DNA of 64,000 nucleotides, from the NCBI GenBank assembly GCA_013265495.1, contig MU058418.1, positions 248,001-312,000 of the forward strand. Direction: 5' to 3'. The notes beneath the pieces are model-generated. The model had not been told where the DNA came from. It ran no database searches and saw only the letters and a program-made list of their open reading frames with translations. Source of the DNA: Vicugna vicugna (taxonomy: Eukaryota). This document shows positions 12,501 to 25,005 of this stretch, one piece after another. Each line of letters begins with the position of its first letter. The first letter of the stretch is position 1. The position numbers and the translations under genes were made by a program.

Positions 12501-14489
12501 AGGAACTTAATTAAGAAGTAATTCAATTTCTTTTCTGAGTGAGGACAAACCACTGTTTTGCTAAATGTGACAGACAGTCTCGAGATCAAGCTGAGACTGA
12601 TTTTGAAATGATCGCCTCTTCTGGCCTCTCCCTTCCACGCCATTCTGAGACTGATAAAATTTGAGAGATGGCATACAAAGCCACAGAGTACATGGCCAAA
12701 ATAATTTTCTATGGTTCTTAAAATCTGATTTTTTTCAGATAAAATATGGCTTTTGTGTAAATACACACCACTTGGAAATAAAGAAATTTCCAGCAAAAAA
12801 TACATTTCACGATACTCTCTAGAAATAGCCACTGAATTTTTCAAATGTAGTTTTAAAGATAAACCCACCACGGAGCCCTAAGCTGCCAAGCATGATGCCT
12901 GCATCAGTCAGCATGAGTACCAGGATCATACCACGGACTCATGACACACTACATAGAAACAATACTGCAAGCTGTACCCTGCAGGCATCTCCCTGATACT
13001 TGGCAGAGATGGATATAATCTTTTTTACCCACGTTACTTGAGTTTGGGTCTATGTATACATGATAGGCCTGGATTAATCGCCTAGATCAAGTTGTGCCCT
13101 TAAATATCAGAATAGCACCATATATTTCAGTGGAGTGGGTTTCTGTTTACAGGCATGAGAAACACTCACTAGGCACTTGGGAAGGCAACCTTAGGGCTGC
13201 TGAACATAGGAATGAACTGTGTTATATATATTCTTTGAATGGCTAATTTGAGTCTACAATCCTCAATTCCAGACCTCGACCTCCTACACTTCTTCTAGCC
13301 CAATGCTAATGCAGCACGCGTCCACACGCATTTGTCAAGCACCCCTACATGCCAGCCTGTGCTGGGTACAGACGAAGCAACCATGGACAAGGCCATCGAG
13401 GGCCTTGCCTTCAGGGCTCTTAGATAAAAAAAATAATTTTAGATTATGATAAATGTTAAGAAGAAAAAAAGACAAAGCAAAGGGGGACTTTGGATAGGAA
13501 GGTCTGAGTCAAGGAAGCATGTGAGGCCAGGCCTGTGTCAATCTTATGCAGGTAGCAGTCAGCCCCAGCCCAGGGCCTTGCACGTACAAAACATCAGCCA
13601 CATGGTGCTTGGGTGGATGAAGTGGATGAATGAATGAATCTGGATCTCAGTAGTACACAAGATAAGAATATTCCCCTCCCTAAAATAAGAATGTCTCCTC
13701 TCAAGTTTGGGCCTCAAGAGTAGAGCAGCACTGCTCTAAACTGCTTCTTTTATCCTAAGGAAACTGAGGGAAGACCAAAAAGGTTAAGTCACTGATAACA
13801 GATTTTGCAGTGAGTTGGTGACAAGTCTCTGGAATGTTTGCTCAATTTTGCCGTGAACTTAAAACTGCTCTAAAAAATAGTCTATTAAGAAAAAAAAGTG
13901 ACCAGAGATGTCAGGAAGATACTGAGTTCAGTTTAAGACGTTTTGAGCTTCTTTGCCTGGGGGGGACTCAAGAGGTCATGTTCACAGCCCACCTTTGGGA
14001 GCAAGGCTCAAGCAGACATCTACGATGGAGTGACAGATACAGAAGTCCTCTGTTTAGAGGTGCTTCTATTAATCTAGTTTTCCTGAAGAAAGCAAAAATT
14101 TGAGATAGAGAAGAGGAGGAGCTGCATCTCAGGCAAGGACAAGCAGCAGGGTAAAGGCACTGAGCCACGGGTGTGCACCTCAGGGCTGTCAGGAGAGCAC
14201 CAGGTTCTGGACGAGCCCTGGAGAGATCACAGAGGGTTTCAGTTGTCCCACTACAAGCAGAGCCCTTACAGGTCGTATTTCTTCCTCCTTGTCTTTAGAA
14301 TGCAGGTGTGCTCACACTGGCTATTCCTGACTATTGCAAAAACTCCAGATGGTTAGCATGTTCCTTTAGCCAGGCAGCTGTATGCACCCCACACATCTGC
14401 TAAAATATTCCATTTGTTCCTCAGGAAAAAACAGAACGTGACACAAGTATGTTCACAGGCTTGCACTGGGGCACTGAAATCAGAAATCC

Positions 14490-14680
14490 TGCAGCAGTTT
14501 TTAAACAAGGCTGTGTGTCAGAATGATCTGTGGTGACTTTTTTCAAACCCTTACATCCTGCCCCTGCCCTGCTCTGCTCACCAGGGGATTCTGATGTTGG
14601 TGAAAGAGGGTACGATGCTGTGGTAACCCAAACATGTATGTTTTCAAAAGCTCCACAGGTGATGTGAAAACTGCTGCCTT
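14490..14680. mobile_element. MER5-type hAT DNA transposon fragment
   Basis: cagcagtttttaaac..tcagaatgatctg..ttttcaaaagctccacaggtgat. Confidence 0.55.
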
Positions 14681-14769
14681 TAAGAATCCAAATCTGCCCT
14701 GTACGGTGCTTCCTAGGTATTATCTGATAATGCTAAAAGCTGTTTCCCCTAGTCCAAAGGCATCTTTCC

Positions 14770-14990
14770 AGTGACGGTTAGTGATCTTATTTAGCTTATT
14801 TTTCTTCATAGCACTTACTACCATCTGACATTATATTATATATTCATTTAGTTGTTTATTAGTTATCCATCTCCCCCACTAGCTTGTAAATCATGAAAGA
14901 AACAGCTGATCTGGTTCACTCTTGTATTCCCAACACCTAACACAGTGTCTGGAATAAGGTAGGCATGTAATAACCTTGTCGCTAAATGAA
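14770..14990 (+). mobile_element. L2 3' end
   Basis: cttcatagcacttactaccatctgac..ctcccccactag..gttcactcttgtattccca..cctaacacagtgtctgg..aaatgaat. Confidence 0.75.
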
Positions 14991-15122
14991 TCCTATTTTA
15001 CCTGCCTATGCCTGTTACTTAACTGAATGTGATGGTTCTCTTTTAACCTTTCAAATACAAATGAAAACCAAATACCAAACTGAAGTGTATAAAACTCTGT
15101 GGAATGTACAAAATCTACCTAC

Positions 15123-15155
15123 CTTAGCATAGTCTAATCTTCCTTTCTCTTGAGC
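15123..15155 (-). CDS. PDSS2: PDSS2 coding exon (equivalent to human exon 7), 33 nt, AQEKGRLDYAK
   Basis: Matches PDSS2 peptide; acceptor gctaattaatttccctctcttctattttag| (branch-point-like ctaat plus pyrimidine tract), donor AAG|gtaggt. Confidence 0.96.
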
Positions 15156-15259
15156 CTAAAATAGAAGAGAGGGAAATTAATTAGCATTTCTATAACTTTT
15201 GCTTTTCAAAGAATAAGTCAACTCTCTCTCCCTCTCTCCTATCTCTATATATCTATATA

Positions 15260-16060
15260 GTGAAAGATACATAACTTTCAAACATATTGAAAAGTTGACA
15301 GAACAGTACAATGAATGCACACATACACGCTATCCAGATCGGATGTAGCAGACACCATGACTCTTCACCCCTCCATGCTTCCGCACACATCTTGTAAGCA
15401 GAGGACATCTCATACATGATCATTTTCAAATTAAAAAAACTAACAGTAATGCCATATCATCTAACATACAATCCATATTCAAATTCCTCCAACTGTCCCA
15501 AGAACATCTTTTACAGCTTTTTTTCTCAAACTGGAATTAAGCAAGATTCACAGACTGCATTTGGTTTTCTTTTAATTAATTAATTTATTGAATGCATTTG
15601 GCTTTTATGTCTCTGGTTAGCCTTTTAAATCTAGCTTCCTTTCCCCATTTGTCAAGAAATGAAAATCGTTAACGTTTTTTTCATGAAAATAATTGACTTT
15701 TTGAGGTGACCAGGGCAGCTGTCTTATCAAATGTCTCTCTTTTTGGATCTGTCATATTATTTCTTCATTGTGTCATTTAACTTGTCCTTGTTTTGCTTAC
15801 AAACTGAAACCTGGGTCTGAAGGAGCTTGCTTGGATTTAGGTTAAACATGTTTGGCAAGAATCCTTCCTGCGGAATATTATGTACTGCATAATGCATCAA
15901 TTCCGGAGGTAGAAAATGTCAGGCTGTCCCACTCCTGGTAATGCTATACGTTTGACCACTTGGTTAGAGGGGTGACTATCAGGTGGTTCCACTGTAATGA
16001 CATATTTCCTTCTGTTCAATTAGTAAGTAATCTGGTGGGGTCAATTTTTTCCCATTTTTC
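15260..16060 (-). mobile_element. Old L1 (L1MC4/5-like) 3' UTR
   Basis: gaaaagttgacagaacagtacaatgaa..gcagacaccatgactcttcacccct..gggtgactatcagg..ccactgtaa. Confidence 0.7.
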
Positions 16061-17796
16061 TTGGCATAATTTTTATTATGCCATGTTATGTCAAAAGACC
16101 CCCACCTCCATTGCACCTTCACCAGAGATGAGGAGAGGGAAGAAAGCTGAGGGTGAGGAGACATCCATCCTGTATGAGGTCAAATTTTATTTAAAAATAT
16201 TTTTAGTTATTAAAAAACAATTTAAAATTAAAACATATACTCAAAAGTGTTACACATCAAATCTGAACATAATAGAGACAACCAATGTGTTAGTCTTTGC
16301 TGGTAGGTCAGCTCATTTTTTTGTAGACTTCACAATAAAATTTCTCCTGCCACATCTGCACAGAACAAGAGCCCTTCAAGTTACAAACTGGTGAGGTCTT
16401 GAGACCATTTTGTTCCTTAGTTCAAAATGACACTACATAGATAATGAACATGGGCAGATTACTTTCATCAGAGAAAATGAGATCTGTATAACACTAGTCC
16501 TGACTCTTCTTGCTTCTTTATAATCTTTCAAAAATTTATCCAAAGATGCTTGCATTTTTCCTATTTTCATAATAAGCAACTTATAATAAGACATTGGCAC
16601 CGTCACAAATGCTTCTGAATAAAAATTGAGACTTGCATGGTTTCAATGAAACAAAAGGCCTCTGCAACCAATGTACTATTAAAAAAAAATGGGAGTTTTC
16701 AATCTGCTCTTCAAAGATTTTTTTGGGATCCAGAATTTTCAGTGAACTAAGAAGAGGTTGAACTTAATCCTGAGATGCAACATACCAGCATGAATATGAG
16801 TCAGTTCTTGCAGATCTGTAAAAACCAGGTTTATTCTTCTCTCTGATCAGATATTTCATGCTGACTTGTTTGTCTGTCTATGGACATCTTTTCCCAAGAG
16901 GAAATAGTTTTGTCTATACTCCCCACCCTCTAACTTCTGCAGGCAGGGTAGGGAGCCCCTGAGCTCATCTGCATAGTGCACTCATGACCCAGCTACTGAC
17001 TTTCACACTGTGCAAATATGAACTGGCCTTGATCCTATGAATAATCCATGGCTTGTGACCAAAACTTCAGCAGCAGCATTTCACAACGTGCTGTCTTTAA
17101 GTTCTCAAACTCCCGGCTGTCTCTCAAATTCATTTTAGGTTAAGAGTTATCCAACATGGAGGCCAATCCTGTGGTCACAAGTTTTCCACCTTGTTCATCT
17201 TTTCAATTGTTCATCCTTCTCCTAACCTTGCTGATTAGCATGGGCTGCTCAGGCACAGTGCTCTTCCAATGACGCACAAACTGGGAACTCTATGGATTAC
17301 TCCTACCATCAAACAACTCATTCTGGAAACACATCTGCCACTTCCTCACTACCTTCAATCTTTTTTCCGCTCTAACCAGCTCCTCTTTGTTCTAGAGCCT
17401 TTAACATTCTCATCTTCCAGTGTTTAACACAAAGGACATGTTAAAAGCATTAAAACTGGTATTTGTTGAAAGTTAGAAAGTTGAAAGTAGAAAGCTTTCA
17501 GATCTTGAGGCTACAAGGTAAAAGTGTGGAGAAACTAATTTATATGATTTGGGTGGATTTTTCTTTTCGGAGGTATTGAGCCATTTCCTTGTTTGTCTCA
17601 GGAAAAAAAAATTCAACAGCAATTTCTTCAGGTAGTAAAAGTGACTATAATACTGTTTGTAGGTAAGCTAGAGTAGTTCTATCACAAATTTTTGTAAAAC
17701 CATTTTTCCCATCACATACTTTGCTTATAAACTAATCATCTCAGAGAATTCCATTGATCTGAAGTACTTGTGCTTAATCAATCACAAGCTATTTTC

Positions 17797-17879
17797 TTTT
17801 TTTTTAAATTGAAGCATAGTTGATTTACAATATTATATTAGTTTCAGTTGTACAACATGGTGAATCAATATTTTTATGG
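17797..17879 (-). mobile_element. Very short 5'-truncated L1 3' end with 17-bp TSD
   Basis: Poly-T then aaattgaagcatagttgatttacaatattatattagtttcag; perfect direct repeat aatcacaagctattttc at 17780-17796 and 17880-17896. Confidence 0.9.
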
Positions 17880-18519
17880 AATCACAAGCTATTTTCAAAC
17901 TCTCTCATTTTATTTTGTATCCTTTCTTGGCCATCACCCTTTCACCCAGTAGAGATATACTTTACTGGGGATGGCGGCACTGAAACACCATGTATGAAAA
18001 TCTGTATTTGCTCAACATCAGCTCTTGAGTGTTTTGAAAGCTGAGACTAGAAGCCTACATAAAATGACAGCATGACTGCCACAGCCATTACGATCTGAAC
18101 AGACTGTAAGTGTTGGTATGCAGCTCACCTGAATGTTCTTTTTATTTTATCACAACAAACATTCCAGTCCTGCAAAACCATTTGATCCCTGACTTCTTTC
18201 GCTTGTACATAAAAGTATCATTTATTTTATAAAACAAATATTTAGGTCTTTACAGGTATATGATATATATTTCCAGCTGCTATGTGAGTTAATGTCTATG
18301 TATGCCAGACACACACCTGAAAGTACACACCCTGATATAAAATTTTTTTTCACAAAAAGCTTTTAGAGTTTATAATACACAGCAAATTGGAAACAAATGC
18401 AAATGATGATTTAATTGCCTCCATAAATATTTCTCATTAAACATTGCCGATTCTGTTTCTCTGTAAAATAGTTAATTCACGAGGGTTGGGGGCATAGTTT
18501 CTGTCGCACCTGTTGGTGC

Positions 18520-18785
18520 TCATTCACTCAATACTTATCTATTGTGTACCTACTATGTGTTAGGTACTGCTTAGGCATTGGAGACACAGTCAGAAACAGA
18601 ACAAACAAAAATCGCTATCCTCTAGGGGGCTGCGTAGTCTTGTTTTCTCAAGCAATCTCCCTCTAGAACTTAAGCGCCATGAGAGCAGGGATATTTTCTC
18701 TCCTGCTCAGGACTGTTTTCCATGTTAAGATCAGTGCTGGTAGATAGCAGATGGTCAGTAATATCTGGTGAATGAGTGAATAAAA
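18520..18785. mobile_element. Two L2 3'-end fragments in opposite orientation
   Basis: cattcactca..attgtgtacctactatgtgttaggtactg (minus) followed by ctagaacttaagcgccatgagagcaggg..tgaatgagtgaat (plus). Confidence 0.65.
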
Positions 18786-19329
18786 GGATAAATGCTTTTT
18801 CTTTATAATCATTGGTTATATACTGCTTATTCAGGAAACTTAGAAAGCAAAGTTCCTATTACTCACTCCTAGGTCCAGGAAAGCTGGGAGTTTAGATACA
18901 GTCAGAATGTAGTTAATGTGGAGACATTATCTGGTGCCTTACAAATAATTTTTACTTACAAATACTTTATTGAACAATACCATATTTTGGCTTTATTACT
19001 CAACTTCTATTTATAAGTAGACTAAAGAAGGGAATCTATAGAAAATAAATTCAAAGAGTTCATGAAACACAAACAACAAAAGGACAGAACAGAGAAGAAT
19101 GATCTAGTAGCCATCTCACTGATGCAGCGGCCTAGACTAAGTGCCTCAACCTTGATACCAGTGTACTGAAGGGAAAAGCGCCTGAATGGAGGTCGGGAGG
19201 TCTCAGGAGATTTCACGTGCACAACTCAAAGCCTCAGGTGCTAAGTAGGCCCTTTCTATGGAGGGGAAGCAAATGGCCTAAGATCTTAACGGTGACCACT
19301 CTAAAGAGGCACTGTGACCTCCCGGGAAG

Positions 19330-19620
19330 TGGATCTGCTGGGAGCCAGAAAATATGGTTTCTAGTCCATAATAGGTTAATACCTCAAGTAATTTAAACAT
19401 TTTTGTGTGGGTCTTCATTTTCCTATCTGTAAAATAAGTGTACTGGGCCAGACCAGGCATTCCCAAATGCTGGGCTCTCACAAATGCTGAGCTGACTGTA
19501 TCAGAATCACCTGGGTAACTTGTTAAAAATGCAGATCCTCAATACTGTAGCCCTGAATTCTGACTCATTTGAGGATCACTGGTGTGGACTGTGTCTAATG
19601 TCCTTTACAATTTATGCTTC
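19330..19620. mobile_element. MIR fragment with inserted MER5-type element
   Basis: aagtaatttaaac..cattttcctatctgtaaaat, then tcagaatcacctgggtaacttgttaaaaatgcagat. Confidence 0.65.
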
Positions 19621-20599
19621 TGTATGAGTCATTGTTTACTTCAAAGGCTAAAAAGAGAACAACTATATAAACTCTTTAAAGTTTCAAGGAGAATGGAGTG
19701 CTGTAACTTTCCCCCCTTCTTCTGACATCTGCCACTTACCATGTATATTTCTAGCAGAGCAAGATATTATTAAAATAGCTTTCTCACTGGGGCCCAAAAT
19801 AGGCTGATATAAAATAAATGCAGACTGTATTTCAACAGCCAGCAGTCCTGAACCTCTTCCTGCCACACTGTTCATCTCCAGAAGACACTGTAAATTCTGC
19901 CACACATGGCAATTCCCTGAGGGCTTCATTACTTGGGTCTTTAAAAGGGATTCACTCATCTTTTACCTCCTGTAGGTGTGCTTCTTGTCAATCCAGGTCA
20001 CGCGAAAAGAAAGTAATTTTTCCCAGTCTTTAGCAGTTCACAGAGAATGTGTGGTTTGAACCTTGTTTTATCTTAAAAAAATGTGAACATAGACAAGCTA
20101 GTGTGCCAGCGCTCATGACACTGTCAGGCCTCCTCCGACAGCTACGGCAAGCACTGCAAAACAATATTCTACACCAAAGCAAACAAAGCCAGAGCTCTGA
20201 TTGAGAGGATGCACAAGGGATTAATTCCAAAGGTTTATATACCAGCCTCTGCAGACCAAAGGCAGATAGATTCCCCATTGGTAAGTAATGGATGTACAAT
20301 GTGGTCTTTTTCTTTAAGAAACAAATGCTTTTTTATAAGTCAGGTAACAAAGAAGGATTGGATGACATAAATGAACCGTTTCCAATTTCCAACTCCTGTT
20401 ATCTGGACTTGAAAGCTGGATATGGAAAAACCTTTTTCTAAAAGCAGAAAACTAATATTCCACAGCAGGGAGTGCAGACATTGCTACAGACTGATCATCT
20501 CTAACTTATCATGTTATTCTTCCCTAATGTTACCGGTTATATTTTAGAATAACAGTCAATTTAAAAAAATAAGATTCTCTTCTTAAACCTTCAAGAAAA

Positions 20600-21390
20600 A
20601 CTACTCTTCTCAAATTTTTTAGCCAAAAGAATATAAAGAACACTTGTTTGCCCTCCAACTAGATTAACGAGTTGCTAATATTTTGCCATCTTTGCTTCTA
20701 TCTAGATGATCATTTGCTAACTATTTGAGAGTAATTTATAGACATAATGATGTCTCATCCCTAAATACGTCAGCAAGTATCTCCTAAGAACAACAATGCT
20801 CTCCTACATAATCACAAACCCATGATCACGTCCAACAAGTTTAACATTTACTATAATATTTAAGATAAAGTCCATATTAAAAATTTCAGGTCCAACCAAT
20901 AGTATCTTTTACAGCTATTTTTATCCCAATCCAAAATCAAATTAAAAATCATGCATTCCTTTTGGATGTTATGGCTTTTTAATCTCTTCTAATCTACGAA
21001 AGTCCCCACACCGCCACCTTTTCTGTCTTTTGTAACATTGGTGTTTTTAAAAAGAATCCACGTTGGTTGCCCTGCAGACTGTCCCTTATACTAGATTTGT
21101 CGAATTGTTTTCTTATGATTAGATTCAGGTTAAAACATTTTTGAGACGACAACTACAGAGATGATGCTGTACACTTCTCCATTACATCTGAAGTCACACA
21201 ATATCAGATGTCTCATTATTGGTGAGATTGTTCACTTCTTCCTTTTGTCTTCAATAAGTAATCTGTAGTGTGCTTTGAGTCCCTGAGAATATTCGGTTCC
21301 CTACTAACCATTCATCCAATTGTTTTAAATGATTATTCATTAATAATCCTTGTTTGAGTAAAAGATTACATTGGTGACTGCAAAAATAAT
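20600..21390 (-). mobile_element. Old L1 (L1MC4/5-like) 3' UTR
   Basis: Same family pattern as 15260-16060: gacataatgatgtctcatccctaaatac..tatctcctaagaacaa..ctcctacataatcaca. Confidence 0.7.
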
Positions 21391-21509
21391 GACACCTTAA
21401 GGGTCTGCCCTGGTACATGCAGAAATACTACTGACTCCTTTAGAGAAAACAGGTCTTACTGAAAACAAACTCTCTGCATTTGCTTTGATATTAGGAGGTG
21501 GGGTTTAGT

Positions 21510-21601
21510 TGTATATATATGTGCATGCGCGCGTGTGTGTGTGTGCGTGTATGTATGTAGGTATGTGTGTGTGTATATGTATGCGCACGCACACGCGCGC
21601 A

Positions 21602-21633
<32 letters not shown>

Positions 21634-21640
21634 TATATAT
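21510..21640. repeat. Compound (TG/CG/TA) alternating purine-pyrimidine microsatellite
   Basis: Read directly; explains the low-complexity ORFs at 21456-21735. Confidence 0.95.
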
Positions 21641-22439
21641 AAGATTTGTTGGTGGATAGAGAAAAGCAGTAAGGATACATCCATCCTCATCCCAGAATGA
21701 TTTGGGTATAGTGTATGAGGATTTAAAAAGGTCACAAATCAGAATTCTATTAGATCTGCTAGCCCCGAAGTAGCTCAGCCAGCTAGCTCAGTTTGGTTTG
21801 GGAGGAGAAGCAAGCCTTGTTTTGCTGGGCTCTCCAGTTATGGAGCTGGAAAGACAGTAGAATATAAAGAAACAGGGTAGGCTTTTTCTTTGATATCATG
21901 ACAATTCTCACCTACTAATAAGAGAGCACAGAGGGTATCTGCAGGTCAACACCCTTCTGAACTGGACTGCTTGGGTACCTGATTTTACCATCTCTTTTAC
22001 TTGGGAAAGTTAATTTTTGGAGGCAAATGTGAATGTCTATGGAATTAAATTTCTTGTATTCTCTTCCTTTGGTTCAATGGGAGAAGAAGAAACAGACAGA
22101 TGCAGAAGGCTGTGGTACCCCATAAAAAAAGAAGAGGGGAAGTTTGTGTTATCTATATAATAAATCTCTCTCTGTTTAGAAGTCGCGATACTGCTCTTAA
22201 GTCATTTTTCTTGCTGTGCTCTCTTGGAATCTGGAAGAGACATGAAATATAAAACTGCAGTTTGACTAAGAAAAACAAAATCTACCCAGATCTCAGAAAG
22301 GCCATGAGCAGGGAAATCAGGCTGATAGGAGAACTGAGTTATTTCCTCCAGTGGTCAGGTCCCAAGGTGATGGTCACCAATCCTGATGGCGTACCCCAAG
22401 CTCACCACGTCAAAAATCAAGCTTATATTGGTGTTCCCA

Positions 22440-23600
22440 CTTTATTTTCCTATTTTTATTAATGGCACAATTCTGCCTGTTACCCACGCTCAAAATCCTG
22501 GTTTTGGCCTCTGACAACCCCGCCCCAGTACACATTGGCTAGCTTCTCCCTGTCATATCAGTTTTCAGGTCGTAGACATTTTCTCTTTGAAATGAGTTTT
22601 ATACCTAACTTCCTTACCTTCCCATTCTCACTGCCAACACTCTGATTGGGACTTTTTCTCTGCACTTATCAACAGAGTCCTCCAAACTTCCTAACTGGTC
22701 TTCTTTTCCATAGTTTCTCCTTGCTCTTTTGATTCTACATAATGCAGCCAGATATACCTCCCTAAAACACATTTCAGACCATGACATTACCTGGCTCGAA
22801 AACTTTCAATGTCTGCTCCGTGACTTCTGAATCAAGCTCACTTTCTACAGACAAACATCCCCAAATTTTTCCTTTTTTAAAAAACTGAGGTAAAATTCAC
22901 ATAGCATGAAATTCATCATTTGACTAAGTGACATTTAGTACATTAACAATGTTGTGCAACCATCACCACTATCTAGTTCCATAATGTTATTTTTTTTCCA
23001 GAAGATTTTTGTCATGTTGTAACATGTATCAATACTTCACTCTTTTTCATGGCTAGATAATAATCCACTGCATGGATATGCTATATTTGTTTATCTATTC
23101 ATCATTACTGGACATTGGGTCACTTCCACTTTTTGGCTATTGTAGTTATTGCTGCACATGTTTTGTTTGAACCAAAGTCTTTTAGTCATTACGTACTTTT
23201 TCAGCATTTCTTCATCTGTCTCCATAGTGTCCCATGTTTTTACCTACGATCCAAACTGTAATAATTTTTTTTTCTTTGAATACATCACATGCTTGCCCAC
23301 CTGCATCCGTTTTTCCTGGCTTCTGTTGTGAAGGAAGCACTTGTTCATATCTTTGCTGTCAAGACCTTCTTCTTCCAGGACTATCTCAGATATCACCTAC
23401 TTCACAAACCCTTTCTTGACTCTTCCAACTGGATTCAAACTCTCTTTTCTATGAGCTCTGCAAATGGCATCAATTACAACATTCCTTATATTTGTGTGTT
23501 TCTCTTTACAAGGCCACAGACCAGCCTCAGGCAATTTAATCCTGTATCTCCTGTAGTCAAGCACTTTGTTTCCTTAAGTGCAACAGAAAACCTTAAGAAA
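22440..23600. mobile_element. L2 (plus) interrupted by an L1MB-like 3' end (minus, ~22880-23170)
   Basis: L2 aatggcacaattctgcctgttacccacgctcaaaa..gcagccaga..; L1 tgaggtaaaattcacatagcat..caatgttgtgcaaccatcaccactatctagttcc. Confidence 0.7.
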
Positions 23601-24829
23601 CATTTTAATTTAAGGGCTATTTAGAGCCATTTCATAGTCTGTGGTCTCATATAGTCCTTTCAAATGCCCATAATGTACATCCTGTATGGCAGAGGATGTC
23701 AATATTATTCCTTTTGAAACAACTCAGATAACTTAAATAATTAGAAAAATAACACACAGCATTAATGAGGACTCTCTGAATGTGCACTTTCTCTTTTGTT
23801 TAAGAGTCTATATGTGTGTGTTATGTTCATGACACCAGCCTTGCCTAGTAATTTTTGTTTCACTTTCTGAGAAGAAGTAAAAGTGGGATACCCAGGGACA
23901 AGTGAGTTATAGCTTAGCACTGGTAATATATAGTTCACTTAAAGTATTTTATGGCTGGTTATGACAGTGTCAGGATGTCACAAGCCTAAGTGACAATTCA
24001 GTACTTTCAGAAATAGCCAAGAAAATATAATCATAATTCTTATTTCTTCAGGTGACTTATAATGGCAGCAGAAAACCAGAAGGATCATTAAAAATAAAGC
24101 TTGCTGACCTGCATTAGCCCCTGGACTCCCTGAGAGAGTCAGAGCTCTGTGGTTCTCTGAAGGATTCTACTCTCTTTGATGAGGAATCAAAATGATAGCT
24201 GAGTAATGACTTTCACCTCCCTAGGGTGAATCATTCACTATCAGTATTTTTACCTGATCATTATTTTTCAGCAGCTACAAATTTAAATTTAAAATTAAGG
24301 TAGGGAGGGATCTGTAGAATTTAGTATGGAGACATTGCTCAACAAATATTTTTCAGTTATTTCTGGTCTGCCCTGGTGCTCTAAACTGCCTCTTATGAAA
24401 GTATGTAGTGTGTGTGTGCCTGTGGGTGTGATGGAAGAGGGCTATCTAATCTTAAGATTTGGGGAGGAGGGGGAAGTTGGGAGAGGTAGGAGGGCCTGAT
24501 ATGAATATTCCAGAGGTGTTCTGCTTCATGGCTTCACAGTGATGTTGAATGGGCACTAAGAGTATGTAATCTCCTCTTCCTTTCCTTGTCTAGTCATTAA
24601 TTCTCTCTCCTGAAGCAGGAAATCAAGAGGGTAGAATGGGACACGAACCTGTCTGAGCAGAGCAGGGAAGAAATTTTACATGTGATAATAAGAAATCATG
24701 GATGTCTCCCAACACTGGGAGCAAGATTTTTCTATTTCTCAGTGTCAAAGCCAGTATTAAGCTTCTAATAGAGATAAATATTTTTCTTATAATGCATCTC
24801 TTGCCTAAGAGACCAGTTCTTAGACATAC

Positions 24830-25005
24830 TTGAGAGCTGAAAGGGACCTTAGAAGTGATCTGGTTCAAAACCATTGTTTTACAAAAAAATAAAAATAAAA
24901 AGGATGTGAAAGAATGTGATTAAAGTTAAACAGATACTAGCAAAGCCCAAATGAGAATCCAGGTTTTTCAAATCCTGGTCCTCTATGGGCCATTTCTGCT
25001 ATACC
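24830..25005 (-). mobile_element. MIR SINE
   Basis: gagctgaaagggaccttagaagtgatctggttcaa..ttttaca. Confidence 0.7.

Noticed and set aside
12239..12871. Longest ORF in the track (210 aa, minus strand)
   Set aside because: GTG start, no recognisable domain, composition typical of translated AT-rich non-coding DNA, and not part of the PDSS2 protein. The block is better explained as a regulatory element.
21456..21735. His/Thr- and Val/Cys-rich ORFs
   Set aside because: Translation of the dinucleotide microsatellite.
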